Positions 56,101 to 64,000 of a DNA stretch of 64,000 bases are shown here, piece after piece. Source of the stretch: Eledone cirrhosa (taxonomy: Eukaryota); the NCBI GenBank assembly GCA_964016885.1, contig OZ024740.1:32798001-32862000 (forward strand). Direction: 5' to 3'. The stretch's first letter is position 1, and each line of letters begins with the position of its first letter. The translations under genes were made by a program, and so were the position numbers. Under the pieces are notes generated by a model, which saw only the letters and a program-made list of their open reading frames with translations, was not told the origin of the DNA and ran no database searches.

Positions 56101-59100
56101 AGACAAAGTATGTAACAGGTGAGAGACACAGTATGTAACAAGTGAGAGGGACAGTATGTAACAGGTGAGGAGGACAGTATGTAACAGGTGAGAGACAGTA
56201 TGTAACAGGTGAGAGACAGTATGTAACAGGTGAGAAGGATAGTATGTAACAAGTGAGAGACACAGTATGTGACAGGTGAGAGAGACAGTATGTAACAGGT
56301 GAGAGACAGTATGTAACAGGTGAGAGACAGTATGTAACAGGAGAGAGACAGTATGTAACAGGTGAGAGAGACAGTATGTAACATGTGAGAGAGACAATAT
56401 GTAACAGGTGAGAGACAGTATGTAACAGGTGAGAGGGAAAGTATGTAACAGGTGAGAGTCAGTATGTAACATGTTAGAGACAGTATGTAACATGTGAGAG
56501 ACAGTATGTAACATGTGAGAGAGACAGTATGTAACAGATGAGAGACAGTAGGTAACATGTGAGAGAGACAGTATGTAACAGGTGAGAGAGACAGAATCTA
56601 ACAGGTGAGAGAGACAGAATCTAACAGGTGAGAGAGACAGAATCTAACAGGTGAGAGGGACAGTATGTAACAGGTGAGAGAGACAGTATGTAACAGGTGA
56701 GATAGACAGTATGTAACAGATGAGAGAGACACTATGTAACAGGGAGAGAGACAGTATGTAACAGGTGAGAGGGACAGTATGTAACAGGTGAGAGGGACAG
56801 TATGTAACAGGTGAGAGAGACAGTATGTAACAGGTGAGAGACACAGTATGTAACAGGTGAGAGACACAGTATGTAACAGGTGAGGACAGTATGTAACAGG
56901 TGAGAGAGACAGTAGGTAACAGGTGAGAGGGACAGTATGTAACAGGTGAGAGAGACAGTATGTAACAGGTGAGAGAGACAGTGTGTAACAGGTGAGAGAG
57001 ACAGTATGTAACAGGTGAGAGGGACAGTATGTAACAGGTGAGAGAGACAGTATGTAACAGGTGAGAAGGACAGTATGTAACAGGTGAGAGAGACAGTATG
57101 TAACAGGTGAGAGAGACAGTATGTAACAGGTGAGAGAGACAGTATGTAACATGTGAGAGACAGTATGTAACATGTGAGAGAGACAGTATGTAACAGGTGA
57201 GAGAGACAGTATGTAACAGGTGTGAGACAGTATGTAACAGGTGAGAGAGACAGTATGTGACATGTGAGAGAGACAATATGTAACAGGTGAGAGAGACAAT
57301 ATGTAACAGGTGAGAGACAGTATGTAACAGGTGAGAGGGAAAGTATGTAACAGGTGAGAGTCAGTATGTAACATGTGAGAGACAGTATGTAACATGTGAG
57401 AGAGACAGTATGTAACAGGTGAGAGAGACAGTATGTAAGATGTGAGAGGGACAGTATGTAACAGGTGAGAGAGACAGTATGTAACGTGTGAGAGAGACAG
57501 TATGTAACATGTGAGAGAGACAGTATGTAACAGGTGAGAGGGTCAGTATGTAACAGGTGATAGAGACAGTATGTAACAAGTGAGAGAGACAGTATGTAAC
57601 AAGTGAGAGACGCAGTATGTAACAGGTGAGAGAGACAGTATGTAACAGGTGAGAGAGACAGTATGTAACAGGTGAGAGAGACAGAATCTAACAGGTGAGA
57701 GACTTAGTATGTAACAGGTGAGAGACTTAGTATGTAACAGGTGAGAGACTTAGTATGTAACAGGTGAGAGAGACAGTATGTAACAGGTGAGAGAGACAGT
57801 ATGTAATAAGTGAGAGAGACAGTATGTAACAGATGAGAGAGACAGTATGTAACAGGTGATAGTGACAGTAGGTAACAAGTGAGAGAGACAGTATGTAACA
57901 AGTGAGAGAGACAGTATGTAACAAGTGAGAGGGACAGTATGTAACAGGTGAGAGAGACAGTATGTAACAGGTGAGAGAGACAGTATGTAACAGGTGAGAG
58001 AGACAGTATGTAACAGATGAGAGAGACAGTATGTAACAGATGAGAGAGACAGTATGTAACAGATGAGAGAGACAGTATGTAATAGGTGATAGAGACAGTA
58101 TGTAACAAGTGAGAGAGACAGTATGTAACATGTGAGAGGGACAGTATGTAACAGGTGAGAGGGACAGTATGTAACAGGTGAGAGAGACAGTATGTAACAT
58201 ATGAGAGACAGTATGTAACAGGTGAGAGAGACACTATGTAACAGGTGAGAGACAGTATGTAACAGGTGAGAAGGACAGTATGTAACAGGTGAGAGAGACA
58301 GTATGTAACAGGTGAGAGAGACAGTATGTAACAGGTGAGAGACAGTATGTAACATGTGAGACAGTATGTAACATGTGAGACAGTATGTAACATGTGAGAC
58401 AGTATGTAACATGTGAGACAGTATGTAACATGTGAGAGAGACGGTAAGTAACAGGTGAGAGAGACAGTATGTAACATGTGAGAGACAGTATGTAACATGT
58501 AAGAGACAGTATGTAACATGTGAGAGAAACAATATGTAACAGGTGAGAGACAGTATGTAACAGGTGAGAGGGAAAGTATGCAACAGGTGAGAGGGAAAGT
58601 ATGTAACAGGTGAGAGTCAGTATGTAACATGTGGGAGACAGTATGTAACATGTGAGAGACAGTATGTAACAGATGAGAGAGACAGTATGTAACAGGTGAG
58701 AGAGACAGAATCTAACAGGTGAGAGACACAGAATCTAACAGGTGAGAGAGACAGTATGTAACAGGTGAGAGAGACGGTATGTAACAGGTGAGAGAGACAG
58801 TATGTAACAGGTGAGAGAGACAGTATGTAACAGATGAGAGAGACAGTATGTAACAGATGAGAGAGACAGTATGTAACAGGTGAGAGAGACAGTATGTAAC
58901 ATGTGAGAGAGACAATATGTAACAGGGAGAGACAGTATGTAACAGGTGAGAGACAGTATGTAACAGGTGAGAGTCAGTATGTAACATGTGAAAGACAGTA
59001 TGTAACATGTGAGAGACAGTATGTAACAGATGAGAGAGACAGTATGTAACATGTGAGAGAGACAGTATGTAACAGGTGAGAGAGACAGTATGTAACAGGT

Positions 59101-62100
59101 GAAAGAGACAGTATGTAAGAGGTGAAAGAGACAGTATGTAACAGATGAGAGAGACAGTATGTAACATGTGAGAGAGACAGTATGTAACATGTGAAAGAGA
59201 CAGTATGTAAGAGGTGAGAGAGACAGTATGTAAGTGGTGAGAGAGACAGTATGTAACAGATGAGAGAGACAGTATGTAACATGTGAGAGAGACAGTATGT
59301 AACAGGTGAGAGGGACAGTATGTAACATGTGACAGATAGTATGTAACATGTGAGACAGTATGTAACAGGTGAGAGAGACAGTATGTAACATGTGAGAGAG
59401 ACAGTATGTAACATGTGAGTCAGTATGTAACATGTGAGACAGTATGTAACAGGTGAGAGAGACAGTATGTAACATGTGAGAGAGACAGTATGTAAGAGGT
59501 GAGAGAGACAGTATGTAACAGATGAGAGAGACAGTATGTAACATGTGAGAGAGACAGTATGTAACAGCTGAGAGGGACAGTATGTAACATGTGACAGACA
59601 GTATGTAACATGTGAGAGACAGTATGTAACATGTGAGAGACAGTATGTAACAGGTGAGAGACAGTATGTAACAGGTGAGAGAGACAGTATGTAACATGAG
59701 AGAGACAGTATGTAACATGTGAGAGTCAGTATGTAACATGTGAGAGTCAGTATGTAACATGTGAGACAGTATGTAACAGATGAGAGAGACAGTATGTAAC
59801 ATGTAAGAGAGACAGTATGTAACAGGTGAGAGAGACAGTATGTAACAGGTGAGAGAGACAGTATGTAACAGGTGAGAGAGACAGTATGTAACAGGTGAGA
59901 GGGACAGTATGTAACAGGTGAGAGAGACAGTATGTAACAGGTGAGAGAGTCAGTATGTAACAGGTGAGAGAGACAGTATGTAACAGGTGAGAGAGACAGA
60001 ATCTAACAGGTGAGAGACAGAATCTAACAGGTGAGAGGGACAGTATGTAACAGGAGAGAGACAGTATGTAACAGATGAGAGAGACACTATGTAACAGGTG
60101 AGAGGGACAGTATGTAACAGGTGAGAGACACAGTATGTAACAGGTGAGAGGGACAGTATGTAACAGGTGAGAGGGACAGTATGTAACAGATGAGAGAGAC
60201 AGAATCTAACAGGTGAGAGACTTAGTATGTAACAGGTGAGAGAGACAGTATATAACATGTGAGAGACAGTATGTAACATGTGAGAGAGACAGTATGTAAC
60301 AGGTGAGAGGGACAGTATGTAACAGGTGAGAGAGACATTATGTAACAGGTGAGAGGGATAGTATGTAACAGGTGAGAGAGACAGTATGTAACAGGTGAGA
60401 GACAGTATGTAACAGATGAGAGTCACAGTATGTAACAAGTGAGAGAGACAGTATGTAACAGGTGAGAGAGACAGTATGTAACAGGTGAGATTCAGTATGT
60501 AACATGTGAGAGAGACAGTATGTAACAGGTGAGAGAGACAGTATGTAACAGGTGAGAGGGACAGAATGTAACAGGTGAGAGAGTCAGTATGTAACAGATG
60601 AGAGAGACAGTATGTAACAGATGAGAGAGACAGTATGTAACAGATGAGAGAGACAGTATGTAACAGGTGAGAGAGACAGTATGTAACAGGTGAGAGGCAG
60701 TATGTAACATGTGAGAGGGACAGTATGTAACAGGTGAGAGGGACAGTATGTAACAGGTGAGAGGGACAGTATGTAACAGGTGAGAGGGACAGTATGTAAC
60801 AGGTGAGAGGGACAGTATGTAACAGGTGAGAGACAGTATGTAACAGGTGAGAGACAGTATGTAACAGGTGAGAGGGACAGTATGTAACAGGTGAGAGGGA
60901 CAGTATGTAACAGGTGAGAGAGACAGTATGTAACAGGTGAGAGAGACAGTACGTAACAGGTGAGAGAGACAATATGTAACAGGTGAGAGACAGTATGTAA
61001 CAGGTGAGAGGGACAGTATGTAACAGGTGAGGGAGACAGTATGTAACAGGTGAGAGAGACAGTATGTAACAGGTGAGAGGGACAGTATGTAACAGGTGAG
61101 AGGGACAGTATGTAACAGGTGAGAGGGACAGTATGTAACAGGTGAGAGACAGTATGTAACAGGTGAGAGGGACAGTATGTAACAGGTGAGAGGGACAGTA
61201 TGTAACAGGTGAGAGAGACAGTATGTAACAGGTGAGAGGGACAGTATGTAACAGGTGAGAGGGACAGTATGTAACAGGTGAGAGGGACAGTATGTAACAG
61301 GTGAGAGACAGTATGTAACAGGTGAGAGGGACAGTATGTAACAGGTGAGAGGGACAGTATGTAACAGGTGAGAGGGACAGTATGTAACAGGTGAGAGGGA
61401 CAGTATGTAACAGGTGAGAGACAGTATGTAACAGGTGAGAGACAGTATGTAACAGGTGAGAGGGACAGTATGTAACAGGTGAGAGGGACAGTATGTAACA
61501 GGTGAGAGGGACAGTATGTAACAGGTGAGAGGGACAGTATGTAACAGGTGAGAGGGACAGTATGTAACAGGTGAGAGGGACAGTATGTAACAGGTGAGAG
61601 GGACAGTATGTAACAGGTGAGAGACAGTATGTAACAGGTGAGAGGGACAGTATGTAACAGGTGAGAGGGACAGTATGTAACAGGTGAGAGGGACAGTATG
61701 TAACAGGTGAGAGGGACAGTATGTAACAGGTGAGAGACAGTATGTAACAGGTGAGAGACAGTATGTAACAGGTGAGAGGGACAGTATGTAACAGGTGAGA
61801 GAGACAGTATGTACAGGTGAGGGAGACAGTATGTAACAGGTGAGAGAGACAGTATGTAACAGGTGAGAGGGACAGTATGTAACAGGTGAGAGACAGTATG
61901 TAACAGGTGAGAGACAGTATGTAACAGGTGAGAGGGACAGTATGTAACAGGTGAGAGGGACAGTATGTAACAGGTGAGAGAGACAGTATGTAACAGGTGA
62001 GAGACAGTATGTAACAGGTGAGAGAGACAGTATGTAACAGGTGAGAGGGACAGTATGTAACAGGTGAGAGGGACAGTATGTAACAGGTGAGAGACAGTAT

Positions 62101-64000
62101 GTAACAGGTGAGAGAGACAGTATGTAACAGGTGAGAGACAGTATGTAACAGGTGAGAGAGACAGTATGTAACAGGTGAGAGGGACAGTATGTAACAGGTG
62201 AGAGGGACAGTATGTAACAGGTGAGAGGGACAGTATGTAACAGGTGAGAGGGACAGTATGTAACAGGTGAGAGGGACAGTATGTAACAGGTGAGAGAGAC
62301 AGTATGTAACAGGTGAGAGACAGTATGTAACAGGTGAGAGAGACAGTATGTAACAGGTGAGAGAGACAGTATGTAACAGGTGAGAGGGACAGTATGTAAC
62401 AGGTGAGAGAGACAGTATGTAACAGGTGAGAGACAGTATGTAACAGGTGAGAGAGACAGTATGTAACAGGTGAGAGGGACAGTATGTAACAGGTGAGAGA
62501 CAGTATGTAACAGGTGAGAGAGACAGTATGTAACAGGTGAGAGGGACAGTATGTAACAGGTGAGAGAGACAGTATGTAACAGGTGAGAGAGACAGTACGT
62601 AACAGGTGAGAGAGACAATATGTAACAGGTGAGAGACAGTATGTAACAGGTGAGAGGGAAAGTATGTAACAGGTGAGAGGGACAGTATGTAACAGGTGAG
62701 AGAGACAGTACGTAACAGGTGAGAGAGACAATATGTAACAGGTGAGAGACAGTATGTAACAGGTGAGAGGGACAGTATGTAACAGGTGAGAGAGACAGTA
62801 TGTAACAGGTGAGAGAGACAGTACGTAACAGGTGAGAGAGACAATATGTAACAGGTGAGAGACAGTATGTAACAGGTGAGAGGGACAGTATGTAACAGGT
62901 GAGAGAGACAGTATGTAACAGGTGAGAGAGACAGTACGTAACAGGTGAGAGAGACAATATGTAACAGGTGAGAGACAGTATGTAACAGGTGAGAGGGACA
63001 GTATGTAACAGGTGAGAGACAGTATGTAACAGGTGAGGACAGTATGTAACAGGTGAGAGAGACAGTATGTAACAGGTGAGAGGGACAGTATGTAACAGGT
63101 GAGAGAGACAGTATGTAACAGGTGAGAGAGACAGTACGTAACAGGTGAGAGAGACAATATGTAACAGGTGAGAGACAGTATGTAACAGGTGAGAGGGACA
63201 GTATGTAACAGGTGAGAGAGACAGTATGTAACAGGTGAGAGAGACAGTACGTAACAGGTGAGAGAGACAATATGTAACAGGTGAGAGACAGTATGTAACA
63301 GGTGAGAGGGACAGTATGTAACAGGTGAGAGACAGTATGTAACAGGTGAGGACAGTATGTAACAGGTGAGAGAGACAGTATGTAACAGGTGAGAGGGACA
63401 GTATGTAACAGGTGAGAGACAGTATGTAACAGGTGAGGACAGTATGTAACAGGTGAGAGGGACAGTATGTAACAGGTGAGAGAGACAGTATGTAACAGGT
63501 GAGAGGGACAGTATGTAACAGGTGAGAGACACCGTATGTAACAGGTGACAGACACAGTATGTAACAGGTGAGAGAGACAGTATGTAACAGGTGAGAGACA
63601 GTATGTAACAGGTGAGAGACACCGTATGTAACAGGTGACAGACACAGTATGTAACAGGTGAGAGAGACAGTATGTAACAGGTGAGAGACAGTATGTAACA
63701 GGTGAGGACAGTATGTAACAGGTGAGAGACACCGTATGTAACAGGTGACAGACACAGTATGTAACAGGTGAGAGAGACAGTATGTAACAGGTGAGAGACA
63801 GTATGTAACAGGTGAGGACAGTATGTAACAGGTGAGAGAGACAGTATGTAACAGGTGAGAGACAGTATGTAACAGGTGAGAGACACCGTATGTAACAGGT
63901 GACAGACACAGTATGTAACAGGTGAGAGAGACAGTATGTAACAGGTGAGAGACAGTATGTAACAGGTGAGGACAGTATGTAACAGGTGAGAGAGACAGTA
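41140..64000. repeat. Satellite B: 23-bp unit with 19/20/21-bp variants, roughly 1000 units, runs off the window
   Basis: Consensus gacagtatgtaacaggtgagaga. Length varies through (GA)n slippage, and variant blocks recur. Confidence 0.99.

Noticed and set aside
41081-63909. Dozens of long minus-strand ORFs (up to 1319 aa, LSPVTYCLSHLLHTVSLTCYI repeats)
   Set aside because: The 23-bp unit has no stop in any minus-strand frame, so all three frames give the same cyclic peptide. 2-bp indels are freely tolerated, which is inconsistent with coding.
24441-64000. CRISPR-like repeat arrays
   Set aside because: The units are head-to-tail with no unique spacers, there are no cas genes, and the context is eukaryotic.
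24441-64000. Telomeric repeat
   Set aside because: There are no (TTAGGG)n arrays, only isolated hexamers such as the one at ~41069.

Overview
Eukaryotic, AT-rich, repeat-dominated DNA with no prokaryotic features. The RTE-type LINEs with (GAT)n tails and the tRNA-headed SINEs look like those of octopus/coleoid cephalopods (inference, not searched). Bases 1-24.4 kb are intronic/intergenic and hold decayed RTE LINEs (one with a PHD-type C4HC3 finger inside the RT region), SINEs, two non-autonomous Helitrons, two probable MITEs, a minimal type I hammerhead ribozyme motif and a probable minus-strand first exon with promoter (~15.7-16.4 kb). The remaining ~39.5 kb are two unrelated satellites. Satellite A has a ~40-42 bp unit (24441-40987). 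Satellite B has a ~19-23 bp unit with kb-scale higher-order structure (41140 to beyond the window end). All long ORFs in the satellites are repeat artefacts. The most interesting signal is the ~150 bp unique island between the satellites. It carries a candidate 29-nt minus-strand microexon that can splice in phase to a candidate terminal exon at 24220-24150, giving YGDPEKVLRFWSVGNNCAHELCKLSLTQPVIL*, which is WD40-like. If this is real, both satellites fill giant introns of a transcribed gene.
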